Source: a virus
Taxonomy: Duplodnaviria; Caudoviricetes
Length of the DNA: 25,772 nt
Strand: one strand, 5' to 3'
IMG/VR virus record: IMGVR_UViG_3300046311_000331
Coordinates: 1 to 25,772 of that record
Position 1 is the first letter of the stretch. Each line of letters begins with the position of its first letter. The position numbers and the translations under genes are program-made. This document shows positions 17,722-25,772 of this stretch, piece after piece. A model generated the notes under the pieces. The model was not told the DNA's origin. It saw nothing but the letters and a program-made list of their open reading frames with translations, and did no database searches.

Positions 17722-18753
17722 TTAAATTCCGTCTAAATAACCAAGTGCTTCTCTTCTATTAAAAGAAATACCAGCTACTCTACATTTAGAGGCGATAGTG
17801 TAGTGGAAATTTTTAATAAATACTGGAGCAAAATGTAACGGCTCAGGAAGTATAAAAGACAGATTATCCATGCTATTATTTAACATAATCAATCTATCCG
17901 CGTTAGCAACACCTGCACCTTCTAGGTTTTTAGATGAATATATCTTAATTCCTAGATTAGTTTCAATTAAATTTTTCACTGTAAGGCTAACTGCTAATTG
18001 TGGTGCGGTGCCTACTGGCAACCCAGTTGTCAATCTTGAAAATTGCTTAGGTGGAACTACTACAACATTAGGTATCAATTCGCTAGAACCTCCAGCTAAT
18101 CCAAACATTTTGTTATATAGAGTCTCAATCTCAGCATAAATTTCTAAACCACTTAAATTCGCAAAAGTGTTGGCAGAAGTAAGAATATTGTCTGGATTAA
18201 TAACAGCATCAAGCTTAGAAATACCTGGATTAACAATATTGTTCTTGCTGTCAAGCAATCCAATATAACCTACTTTGTCAAGAAATTGTCTGTAGATCCT
18301 ATCATTTGCATACATCAACGAAGTGTCAAGATTTTCACCATAGACAATAGATCTTCTTATATCCGTGTCAGAATAAGCCGACTCCGCTTCATATTCTTTG
18401 ATCTGTAATTCCTTGGCGTTTCTATTAACAGTGATCACACCTTTGTTAGAAGCTATTTCATTAACTTCTTTGAATTCTCCGTTGAATGATTCCGCTCTTT
18501 GAATAATAGTTTGACCCAAACCGCCAGAATTATCAACTGAAATAAAACGAAGAAGGGATAAATCAGGAATTACTTGAGCTAGTATTCTAGGCATAACAAC
18601 TCTTAGCTGTTGCTCTAAATACATACCACCTTGAGCTATGGTATTAGTATCAAGGATAGTTTTGCCTTTTTTTAATACATCAACTCCGCATTCGCTAAAA
18701 CTTTTTACAAGTAATTCTGCCGATTCGGCGTCATAAATTTTTCCGTTTTCCAT
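17722..18753 (-). CDS. Major capsid protein (DUF2184-like, HK97 fold)
   Basis: 343 aa after the decoration gene. GMYLEQQL, LDKVGYIG, PNVVVVPP and C-terminal GYLDGI; followed by a terminator. Confidence 0.88.
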   Translation of the reverse strand: MENGKIYDAESAELLVKSFSECGVDVLKKGKTILDTNTIAQGGMYLEQQLRVVMPRILAQVIPDLSLLRFISVDNSGGLGQTIIQRAESFNGEFKEVNEIASNKGVITVNRNAKELQIKEYEAESAYSDTDIRRSIVYGENLDTSLMYANDRIYRQFLDKVGYIGLLDSKNNIVNPGISKLDAVINPDNILTSANTFANLSGLEIYAEIETLYNKMFGLAGGSSELIPNVVVVPPKQFSRLTTGLPVGTAPQLAVSLTVKNLIETNLGIKIYSSKNLEGAGVANADRLIMLNNSMDNLSFILPEPLHFAPVFIKNFHYTIASKCRVAGISFNRREALGYLDGI

Positions 18754-18754
18754 T

Positions 18755-19279
18755 TTATTTTAAATATTGTTTAATTGTTAAAGCAACAACACCATTTCTT
18801 GAATCTTCAGCTACTGAAGCGATAAAAGATAAATTTATCTCGAATGGTGATGATAGTAGTGGTTCGCCTTTGATAGTATTAAAATCAGGGCCTGGGTTAA
18901 GATTCAAAAATGGTATATCGCCTACGCGTAGAGTTACTCCTGCACTAAGTGGAACAAATATTCTGCCAAAATTTAAAACTGGAACAGAAGTGTATAATCC
19001 GCCTTTTCTAAAGCCTCCATCTTCCATTATTCCGCCGTTTTTGTAAGGTATAAATCCAGCAATATCCTCTTGCACCGTTTGCAAAGCTACTGGTATTTTA
19101 ACGCCGCCATCTGTATCGTATACTACTGGTCTACCATATAATAATTTGGTGTTATCAAGCACATTAACGCCAAAATTGAATGTATCAATATTGTGCGGGA
19201 CTGATGTTAAGAATGCCCCAGAAATTTCCGAGCCATAAAAATCAACACCATTTTGTAATGGTATATTTTGGAATGTCAT
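18755..19279 (-). CDS. Capsid decoration / cement protein
   Basis: 174 aa between scaffold and capsid. YGRPVV and SVPVLNFGRIFV motifs. Confidence 0.75.
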   Translation of the reverse strand: MTFQNIPLQNGVDFYGSEISGAFLTSVPHNIDTFNFGVNVLDNTKLLYGRPVVYDTDGGVKIPVALQTVQEDIAGFIPYKNGGIMEDGGFRKGGLYTSVPVLNFGRIFVPLSAGVTLRVGDIPFLNLNPGPDFNTIKGEPLLSSPFEINLSFIASVAEDSRNGVVALTIKQYLK

Positions 19280-19284
19280 AATTA

Positions 19285-20331
19285 TTATTTATCTAAAAAG
19301 TTAATATTGTTAATTAGTGAGACAAGAGTCTTTTCAGATTCTTGGTCCACAATTTTTGCTTTTTTCTCCCAAGAAGGATGTTTAAAATTCTCGAGAGAAA
19401 TATCGAAATAAGCATCAATTTTGCTGTCTTCAATTTCTTTTTTAGCAATAGTTTTTACAACCTGCTTTTTAATTTCCAAAGGTGATTTGCCCAAGCAATC
19501 CTTGACCTCAATAGCTCCTTTTTCAATGGCTTTAAGAACACAATCAAAGTCTTTGATTGTTTCTTTTACTGCTTCATCTTTAATCGCAACCTCATCAACT
19601 TCTTTAACTTGTTCAACTTGTTCAGATTTTAAAGAATGAATGGCGGTTGCTAATTTTTCAACCAACTCATCATTATTCTTCTTTAAATCTTCGCCTTCTT
19701 CACCTTCTTCGCCTTCTTGGGACTTAGCTTTTTTCTTTTTCTTAGGAGCGTATTCATCTAACACAGACTTAATAGTGTCTGTTATTGTTAATTTCAAATC
19801 GTCAATATCCATGTTTAAAATGTTTAAATTATTATCAGTTATGGAACAAAGTGATCCACCTCGTCCATTTGGTAAAATAGCTATATGATTAAAATCCTCA
19901 AAATGTTGGGTATAATCATAATCACTATGCTCTACTTTGGAAAAACTACCACTCCAACCGCAGGATAGCTCCTTTTTTCCTTGGCTATAATACTCTAGAG
20001 CTTGATCTTTTAAATCAATTCTACAATTTAATACCTTGAAATCCTTTACCATCTTTGTAGATGGATCAATTGCTATTCCTTGATTATAAGAATTTTCATC
20101 TTCAAGACTTATAAAGTCTTTTGGATGATTAACCGTTAATGGAATTCTTTGTAAATCTAGAAATCTTTTATAAGCCTTCTCTATTTCTGATCTATCTCTA
20201 AAAACTCTAACTATCTTACTAGGGTTCTGAAAATCTCCAACCTCGCGACCTAAATAATGGTAAATACCATCACGCATTATTGTCGCGTTCTTGGTAACAC
20301 CATCAAATATTATTTGATCTTGAATAATCAT
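19285..20331 (-). CDS. Prohead protease/scaffold (DUF2213-like)
   Basis: RDGIYHYLGRE, PLTVNHP, GKKELSCGW and NHIAILPNGRGG motifs, followed by a charged helical scaffold-like C-terminal half. Confidence 0.88.
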   Translation of the reverse strand: MIIQDQIIFDGVTKNATIMRDGIYHYLGREVGDFQNPSKIVRVFRDRSEIEKAYKRFLDLQRIPLTVNHPKDFISLEDENSYNQGIAIDPSTKMVKDFKVLNCRIDLKDQALEYYSQGKKELSCGWSGSFSKVEHSDYDYTQHFEDFNHIAILPNGRGGSLCSITDNNLNILNMDIDDLKLTITDTIKSVLDEYAPKKKKKAKSQEGEEGEEGEDLKKNNDELVEKLATAIHSLKSEQVEQVKEVDEVAIKDEAVKETIKDFDCVLKAIEKGAIEVKDCLGKSPLEIKKQVVKTIAKKEIEDSKIDAYFDISLENFKHPSWEKKAKIVDQESEKTLVSLINNINFLDK

Positions 20332-20363
20332 AATTTAATTAGAGTAATCATTGTTTAATTTCA

Positions 20364-20393
20364 AATCTATAAATCTTATTTTCACAAAGTCAA
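20364..20393 (-). promoter_or_regulatory. Putative internal sigma70-like promoter for the head genes
   Basis: TTGACT (20393-20388), 18 nt, TAGATT (20369-20364), in a 70-bp intergenic gap of an otherwise tightly packed operon. Confidence 0.45.
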
Positions 20394-20401
20394 ACTATTT
20401 T

Positions 20402-21172
20402 TTAAACATTGATATAAAAAGTGCATCTACACAAGATTGCATCGCCTGGTTGTTCTTTGCCACCATCTCCGTCAGGCAGTCCAACGCCAATAGCATATTC
20501 TTTGTTATTATGCTTGTTGTGTTGCTCTCGCTCTCTTTCATCTTCACTACCAAGCCATATTGCTTTAGAAAAACCTAAAGAAAGAGCCTGCTTATTATTT
20601 AGTTGGGTGTTGGTATTCTTCGTTTCATTTCTAGCGATTAGTTTGGCTTTGGATTTGTTGATCCCAAATTGTTTTTCTAATTCCTTCGCTAATTGTCTGT
20701 TAGTAGTACCTTTCTGGTACTTATTCAATACAAGCACATTCAGTTGGTCCATATATTCATCTTTCATCTTGGTTATCAAGATAGTGTTGGTGCTAATTCT
20801 GGACTTGATATAATCTTGCTCCCCTTCAAAAGATAATTTTTTTGCAATATTAACGCCAAAATACGAAGGATTTAACTTATCTCGCCAGACTTTCTTATTT
20901 CTTTTGACATTCCTGTTGGTTACATCACTTGCAATTTTCTTGATCTTTTTTGGTGGCACACTCAAATTTACCTTAAGCTCAAATGCCTTTAAAGCGTCCT
21001 CTAACGATAATAATTGGCTATCTTGAATTTCTTCTGGTTGTTTAACAACAGGCAATACAATACTGTTAAAAGTGTCGTTGATTTTTGATAAAATGCTCAA
21101 TAAATAGCGGAAATATTGAACTTCAAGAGCTTTACTCGTCTTTGGCGGTATCAGTTTCATCAACTTTGTCAA
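20402..21172 (-). CDS. Head morphogenesis protein (SPP1 gp7 / Mu gpF-like)
   Basis: KAKLIARNE, WLGSEDEREREQH and QPGDAILCRC motifs. The true start may be ATG at 21160. Confidence 0.9.
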   Translation of the reverse strand: MTKLMKLIPPKTSKALEVQYFRYLLSILSKINDTFNSIVLPVVKQPEEIQDSQLLSLEDALKAFELKVNLSVPPKKIKKIASDVTNRNVKRNKKVWRDKLNPSYFGVNIAKKLSFEGEQDYIKSRISTNTILITKMKDEYMDQLNVLVLNKYQKGTTNRQLAKELEKQFGINKSKAKLIARNETKNTNTQLNNKQALSLGFSKAIWLGSEDEREREQHNKHNNKEYAIGVGLPDGDGGKEQPGDAILCRCTFYINV

Positions 21173-22460
21173 ATTGTTCTGTCTCTAAAGTAATTTTATC
21201 GTGCTGTTCTTGCGTAATTATCTGATGGCTCAATAGATAGCCTCTTACTACATCTTCTGAAAGCCCCAAAGAATTAAGCATGGTATTAGCATTCTCTATC
21301 ACTACTTTATCATAATTAGGTCTTTCTTCTGCATCAATTTCGTGTGGATTTTTGAAATAAACTTTTCTCTTTTTATCTGCTACGCCCACATGAGAAGCCA
21401 ATGCGTCAAATATTTTTACTATAGAAGGCAACATCTTCTTTTGATAAGTCTTTATAAAATTTATCATCGTTTTTTGATCGCCTTTACCAGTTGAATTTTG
21501 ACCATCAGGTGATTTTCCTAGTAATTCAGTTGCTGGAATTCCAGAAGCAGAACTTAATCTTTCTGCCGATCTTTTATCTATATCAGCTAGCCCATTAAGA
21601 GTTTGACCAATTATTTGTAGCTCATCTTTTGAGTCCATAACAGCCGATCCAAATATACCAATACTTTGTTCTATAATTCCAATTCTTTGCAAGGCTACAT
21701 CCTCTGCTCCCGCTAAAACTAAATCTTTTAAACCATCAAGCTTATAATGTCTTATTGATGATCTGGATGTAATATTTGCGACCGCCGTTGTTATCACACT
21801 ATCGTTTATTATTGTATTCCAAAGATTCTGGTACACACTCATCCCATAGTACTTATATTCTGGACTTAGTCTTTTTACAACACTACTGCCAATGAATGGT
21901 ACTACAAATGATTGATCTACCGAAATTCCTAGATTCGTAAATGTTACAATACCTGCTTCATAAGTGTCTTGAGAAGAAGGTTGTATACTATAAAAAGGGT
22001 ATTCAATTAATTTCATCTCAAGATTTTTGAAATCACCAGCTACATTCATACTATCTTTGGTATCATCTTTTAGAAGAATTAAGGAGCTACCATAAATATC
22101 AGCCGATATTTGAGCTTTTCTAATTAGATTTTCTACATCCAAATCTTCATAGGCTTGCCATATCTTCTTCTCATCAGCTTCACTATCCATCTCAAGCATT
22201 ATGCCACTCATCATTGCCCTTTCTACTGGCAACTGCACAATCTTTTTTCCTACCCATGATTCTAAAAAGACATTCTCGCAAACTTGCTCATTAAGCCTAA
22301 TTGTTCTTGAAAATGTTGAATTTTTTAAGACATCCTTACTATTCTGTAACTGGTTAGCCTTACCGTACATCATTTCAAAGCCATCTCTAACTTGAATCTT
22401 TTGAGTATTATTTGGTTCTGATTCTTTTTTCTTCTTTAAAAAAATATCTCTTATTTGCAT
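21132..22460 (-). CDS. Portal protein (DUF1073-like)
   Basis: Follows terL. SWVGKKIVQLPVERAM, YYGMSVYQ and SASGIPATELLGKSPDGQNSTGKGD motifs. Confidence 0.9.
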   Translation of the reverse strand: MQIRDIFLKKKKESEPNNTQKIQVRDGFEMMYGKANQLQNSKDVLKNSTFSRTIRLNEQVCENVFLESWVGKKIVQLPVERAMMSGIMLEMDSEADEKKIWQAYEDLDVENLIRKAQISADIYGSSLILLKDDTKDSMNVAGDFKNLEMKLIEYPFYSIQPSSQDTYEAGIVTFTNLGISVDQSFVVPFIGSSVVKRLSPEYKYYGMSVYQNLWNTIINDSVITTAVANITSRSSIRHYKLDGLKDLVLAGAEDVALQRIGIIEQSIGIFGSAVMDSKDELQIIGQTLNGLADIDKRSAERLSSASGIPATELLGKSPDGQNSTGKGDQKTMINFIKTYQKKMLPSIVKIFDALASHVGVADKKRKVYFKNPHEIDAEERPNYDKVVIENANTMLNSLGLSEDVVRGYLLSHQIITQEQHDKITLETEQFDKVDETDTAKDE

Positions 22461-22461
22461 T

Positions 22462-23961
22462 TTATTTTAAAATCCTTTTCCATTGTGTAACGGGGTCTTC
22501 TTTAAACAGTGCTATTTTGATCGCGTCTATCATAGTGTCAACAAAATCATCATGCCTTGAATTATTAAAGCTAAGAAATTCTTGCAACAACTCATCATAG
22601 TTGTCAATATCTTTATTAAAAAACAAGTTTGGAGTTATGCTGTCAAGGCAGGGGATCACATTATTTGCTCTCGTTACCTTATCTGTGTCTCTTGGCAAAA
22701 TCTCCTTTATTGTCTCTTCACTTGGTATTGGGTAGCCTTTCTTCCTGTATAACTGGTTTAAATAGATGCCGTGCGACTTATCTTCAATCCAAATATATCT
22801 AAACCCATAACTTATTTTAGATTTTATCCAATCATCAATCCATCTTTCGACCTCGACAGAGTTTATCTTCTTTCTTCTGACATCTATTAAATATAGATGA
22901 TTCCGCTCGATCTGATTAACTAATTCCTTTCTAACTCCCCAATAAGAAAAAACAACGAAATCATTGGTTTGCTTGTCCTTGTAAGCTAGATCAGCCGTGA
23001 TAAATCTCCATTCGTAGCTAGTTGGTAATTGATAAGAATTTATTTGAGTTATCGTTTCTAACTTAAATAAGTTTCCGCCTTCAAGGGTAGGCTCTTGCTG
23101 GTATTGAGACGTAAAAGCATATTGATTAATTTGAATTTCTGCTATTCTTTCTGGCGTATATTGGCTTGGAAGTTGGCAAACTCCATCAATTATCAGGGGT
23201 CTCTTTAATACGCTAAAATTATAAATCTTCTCTAGAAATCCCGTTAAATCCTCTAAATGCAATCTTTGTTGAATATTAATGATAGAAATATTGCTATCAT
23301 TCAATCTAGATAATAATGTTGTTGTGAAATATTCATGGACCTTGTTTCTCATAAGTGCCGATCTAATATCAGCTGGTTTGTTCGCATCATCAATTATTAA
23401 GCATCCACTAAATTTATTAGCTCCTCTAATTCCACAACCAAACCCCGTAATAGCCGAACCAACAGAAGCGAATAAAGTCACGCCTCCTTCTTTGGTGATG
23501 ATTTTTCTGCTAGAATAAGTTGCCTTACCTTGATCTTGAAATAAATAATCTTTCCAGAATTCGTCTACTGGATCATCCATCACTTCGCTTTCTTCAGTCG
23601 TGAAATTATACATCGCTAAATAAGCAGGATGTTTAAGAATTGTAGCCAGTGATCTAGATATGTCAGTTAATAAATCTTGAGAAAATGAGGTATAGATAAA
23701 ATTGCACCTTTGATTTACTGCATATGAGTAGGCAATGAAATATTTTGCAATTGTTGTCTTAGCGGATCGTGGCGGAATGGCAATAGAATTTCTTAGAGAT
23801 TTTAGATCGTAAATATCTTGAATTAATTGGAATAAATCATCGTGTAATTTTTCTTCAATAAATTTTCTTCCTTCAATTAGCTTGAACATATATAAAAACC
23901 AGACTCTAAACCCTTTTTCGTGAAGTATTTTGCCGAAATAGGGAGGGTTTTTAATTTCCAT
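22462..23961 (-). CDS. terL: Terminase large subunit
   Basis: Walker A-like IPPRSAKTT, Walker B LIIDD, IQQRLHLEDL coupling motif, SQYQQEP linker, and RNase H-like nuclease residues ITADLAYK and HDDFVDT. Confidence 0.95.
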   Translation of the reverse strand: MEIKNPPYFGKILHEKGFRVWFLYMFKLIEGRKFIEEKLHDDLFQLIQDIYDLKSLRNSIAIPPRSAKTTIAKYFIAYSYAVNQRCNFIYTSFSQDLLTDISRSLATILKHPAYLAMYNFTTEESEVMDDPVDEFWKDYLFQDQGKATYSSRKIITKEGGVTLFASVGSAITGFGCGIRGANKFSGCLIIDDANKPADIRSALMRNKVHEYFTTTLLSRLNDSNISIINIQQRLHLEDLTGFLEKIYNFSVLKRPLIIDGVCQLPSQYTPERIAEIQINQYAFTSQYQQEPTLEGGNLFKLETITQINSYQLPTSYEWRFITADLAYKDKQTNDFVVFSYWGVRKELVNQIERNHLYLIDVRRKKINSVEVERWIDDWIKSKISYGFRYIWIEDKSHGIYLNQLYRKKGYPIPSEETIKEILPRDTDKVTRANNVIPCLDSITPNLFFNKDIDNYDELLQEFLSFNNSRHDDFVDTMIDAIKIALFKEDPVTQWKRILK

Positions 23962-24167
23962 TAATATAAAATCCGTAAAGCTTTAAGGATATTGTTGCCA
24001 ACTCGTTCTAATGTTTTTTCTGGTATATTGCCTTGTGAATTATTGCTATCCTGCTCCAATATCATGGTGAACTTAAGTCTCTTCTTAAATCCTGCTACTT
24101 TAATTTTTTCAATAGAACATTCTGAAATCCTAAATCCTAAATCTTCCAGTTTCTTTATATTATTCAT
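23961..24167 (-). CDS. Small hypothetical protein between terS and terL
   Basis: 68 aa, purine-rich leader (AAGAAGAGAAG), TAATG overlap with the terL start. Confidence 0.6.
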   Translation of the reverse strand: MNNIKKLEDLGFRISECSIEKIKVAGFKKRLKFTMILEQDSNNSQGNIPEKTLERVGNNILKALRILY

Positions 24168-24240
24168 ACTCTTCTCTTCTTTAATTTTATTTTGTCTTGG
24201 TGCGATGCGGCAACCTGTCTCACCCCTTTATTTACAAGGG

Positions 24241-24696
24241 TTAAGATTTTTCGTTATTTTCGTTATTTTCAGGTCCATTAATTACTTCGTAGATATGTTT
24301 CTCGTAGGCTTCCTTTTCCTCTTTATCAATATATACTATTCTCACAGGATCACCATTCTCACCCGTAATTTCATTTCTTAAACTAAATTCATCTTTTCCT
24401 TTCCTTTCAGCATACCATTTTGCGGTTGAAACATCGCCTTCATCCAAGGCTTTATTGATTACAACTATTGATTTTATCAAGGGTTTTTTCTGTAGAGCTT
24501 TACAATACTGTGAAAACTTAGGATTTATCTTACAATAATCATAATAAGTATTTGGTGATATATTTGCCCAAATACAAGCGTTATCAATACTAAAACCTTG
24601 TGCAAACCCCTCTTTGAGTTTAGCAACAACAGATTCAGTCATTAAAGTCGGTCTTCCTCCAGCTCCTTTTGGATTCTTTTTAGTCATTTTCTTCAT
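24241..24696 (-). CDS. terS: Terminase small subunit
   Basis: GGRPTLMT...ACIWANISPNTYYDY HTH-like region, AKWYAERK and EITGENGDPV, upstream of terL. Confidence 0.85.
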   Translation of the reverse strand: MKKMTKKNPKGAGGRPTLMTESVVAKLKEGFAQGFSIDNACIWANISPNTYYDYCKINPKFSQYCKALQKKPLIKSIVVINKALDEGDVSTAKWYAERKGKDEFSLRNEITGENGDPVRIVYIDKEEKEAYEKHIYEVINGPENNENNEKS

Positions 24697-24914
24697 TTCG
24701 TTAATATCTTTATATTAATCCTATTAAAAATTTCCTGACTTAAATCAATTTTCTTTTGATTTAGCTTTATAAAACTATTTTGTAAATCAATTATACGCTG
24801 ATTAATAGCAATCTGCTTTTTCAAAGCCTTAATCTGATTATGAAGATTTCTTAGATTGTCTAATTTTTCGCAATTTTTTGAATATCTGCGAAGATTTTTA
24901 ATAAAATATATCAT
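24693..24914 (-). CDS. Small basic coiled-coil hypothetical protein
   Basis: 73 aa with a heptad-like L/I pattern and ATGA overlaps at both ends. Confidence 0.6.
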   Translation of the reverse strand: MIYFIKNLRRYSKNCEKLDNLRNLHNQIKALKKQIAINQRIIDLQNSFIKLNQKKIDLSQEIFNRINIKILTK

Positions 24915-25549
24915 TTCCTTAATTTACCTAATTTTATTTTTAAATCATCGTCGTCAATATAATCTAAATCTATATATTCAACCTCTTCTAGGTTTGGGCA
25001 ATTAAATATTGTGCCATGCCTTATAGTTATATTACCCCCTATATATTTTAACTTTGGAGCGTCAAAAATAACATTTTCTTGAATGAGAAGAAAGCCCTCA
25101 ATAGTTTCTAAATTAGGCGCGTGAAATTTGGTATTTTTCAAAATAAAACATTGTTTCTTTATATGCTTAAGGTTTTTTGGCTCAAAATCATTTAGAACAT
25201 AAACTCCACCCTCAATATTTTCAAGATTATCAGGAACTACATGAACATTATAGTCAGTGATGTGATATACGGATGCATCATCTTTCCCTTTTGGAGTATC
25301 AATCAATCTAAAATGCATTCTATAGATATCTTCAATTCTCTTAGTTTCTTGCTCATAATTTTTTATAGCCTCCTCCACTTTATTTATAGTTTTGAGGCTA
25401 GGCATTGAAGCTCCATTCATTGCACGGTATAGGAAAGCTCTGCTTATTCCAGACATTTTTGAGATTTCACTGATATTTTTACCTTCCAAACGCCTCTTCC
25501 AGCGAACTACAATGTCAATTCTTAGTTTCTTTAATTCATTTTTGTTCAT
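24911..25549 (-). CDS. Xre/Cro-family HTH protein fused to a 20-aa-repeat (LRR / receptor L-domain-like) solenoid
   Basis: HTH: NISEISKMSGISRAFLYRAMNGASMPSLKTINKV. Repeats: PDNLENIEGG / PKNLKHIKKQ / APNLETIEGF / APKLKYIGGN / CPNLEEVEYI. Confidence 0.75.
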   Translation of the reverse strand: MNKNELKKLRIDIVVRWKRRLEGKNISEISKMSGISRAFLYRAMNGASMPSLKTINKVEEAIKNYEQETKRIEDIYRMHFRLIDTPKGKDDASVYHITDYNVHVVPDNLENIEGGVYVLNDFEPKNLKHIKKQCFILKNTKFHAPNLETIEGFLLIQENVIFDAPKLKYIGGNITIRHGTIFNCPNLEEVEYIDLDYIDDDDLKIKLGKLRK

Positions 25550-25578
25550 TTTTAATAGAAAAAGTTAAAGTTAAATTT

Positions 25579-25606
25579 AATCTATAATAAATATTTAGGT
25601 TGTCAA
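25579..25606 (-). promoter_or_regulatory. Putative leftward sigma70-like promoter for the HTH-terminase operon
   Basis: TTGACA (25606-25601), 16 nt, TAGATT (25584-25579), about 30 nt upstream of ATG 25549. Confidence 0.55.
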
Positions 25607-25711
25607 CTTAATAAATTACACTATATTAATTTATATGTAAAAATAATTAGGTCAAAAATGTACAAATTAATAAAATTTATTAATATTTAATTAAATATGT
25701 AAAATAAATAG

Positions 25712-25740
25712 TTGACACTTATATTTATATCATGTAACCT
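25712..25740 (+). promoter_or_regulatory. Putative rightward sigma70-like promoter (divergent)
   Basis: TTGACA (25712-25717), 17 nt, TAACCT (25735-25740). The target gene lies outside the window. Confidence 0.6.
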
Positions 25741-25772
25741 AAAGAAATAGCAGTTAGCTATAAATAATAACT

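Noticed and set aside
19685-19745. Poly-Lys and EGE repeats (9-bp units) in the DUF2213-like protein
   Set aside because: Low-complexity linker typical of scaffold regions; the frame is intact.
21132-22460. Possible anti-CBASS Acb1 annotation of the DUF1073-like protein
   Set aside because: Position after terL and the motifs indicate a plain portal. No extra C-terminal 2H-phosphoesterase domain with paired HxT/S motifs is visible.
23750-23782. Non-canonical Walker A (PPRSAKT) in terL as a sign of inactivation
   Set aside because: PPRxxKT/S variants are common in this terminase group, and the other catalytic motifs are intact.
24247-24270. 9-bp tandem repeat at the end of terS (ENNENNE)
   Set aside because: Trivial low-complexity C-terminal tail.
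745-24381. About 25 short plus-strand ORFs in the track, and the nested minus-strand ORF 5043-5231
   Set aside because: They overlap well-supported minus-strand genes, have no recognisable motifs and look like antisense shadow frames.
1-25772. Tailocin or extracellular contractile injection system
   Set aside because: Terminase, portal and capsid genes are present and intact, so this encodes a DNA-packaging virion.
1-25772. Stop-codon reassignment, introns/inteins, tRNA genes or an invertible fibre cassette
   Set aside because: Genes are full length and tightly packed under the standard code, intergenic gaps are too small or lack cloverleaf features, and no invertase or inverted fibre segment was seen.

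Overview
AT-rich (about 30% GC by eye) segment of a tailed phage or prophage. It carries an apparently intact contractile-tail (myovirus-type) morphogenesis operon, read entirely on the minus strand. From right to left: a divergent sigma70-like promoter region with operator-like boxes; an Xre/Cro-type HTH protein fused to a 20-aa-repeat solenoid; small and large terminase; portal; SPP1 gp7-like head protein; DUF2213-like protease/scaffold; decoration and major capsid proteins followed by a terminator; neck and head-tail proteins; sheath and tube; a tail chaperone with a probable dnaX-style -1 frameshift; a short tape measure; a full baseplate set; six tail-fibre/receptor-binding or accessory genes; a permuted papain-like hydrolase; and the start of a probable lysis cassette (T4-T-like holin candidate and a truncated spanin candidate). 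Family names come from recognised motifs and gene order, not from a database search. I see no clearly new biological system. The most novel-looking element is the HTH-solenoid regulator, which is translationally coupled to the packaging genes, together with TGT-N14-ACA boxes over the -35 elements.
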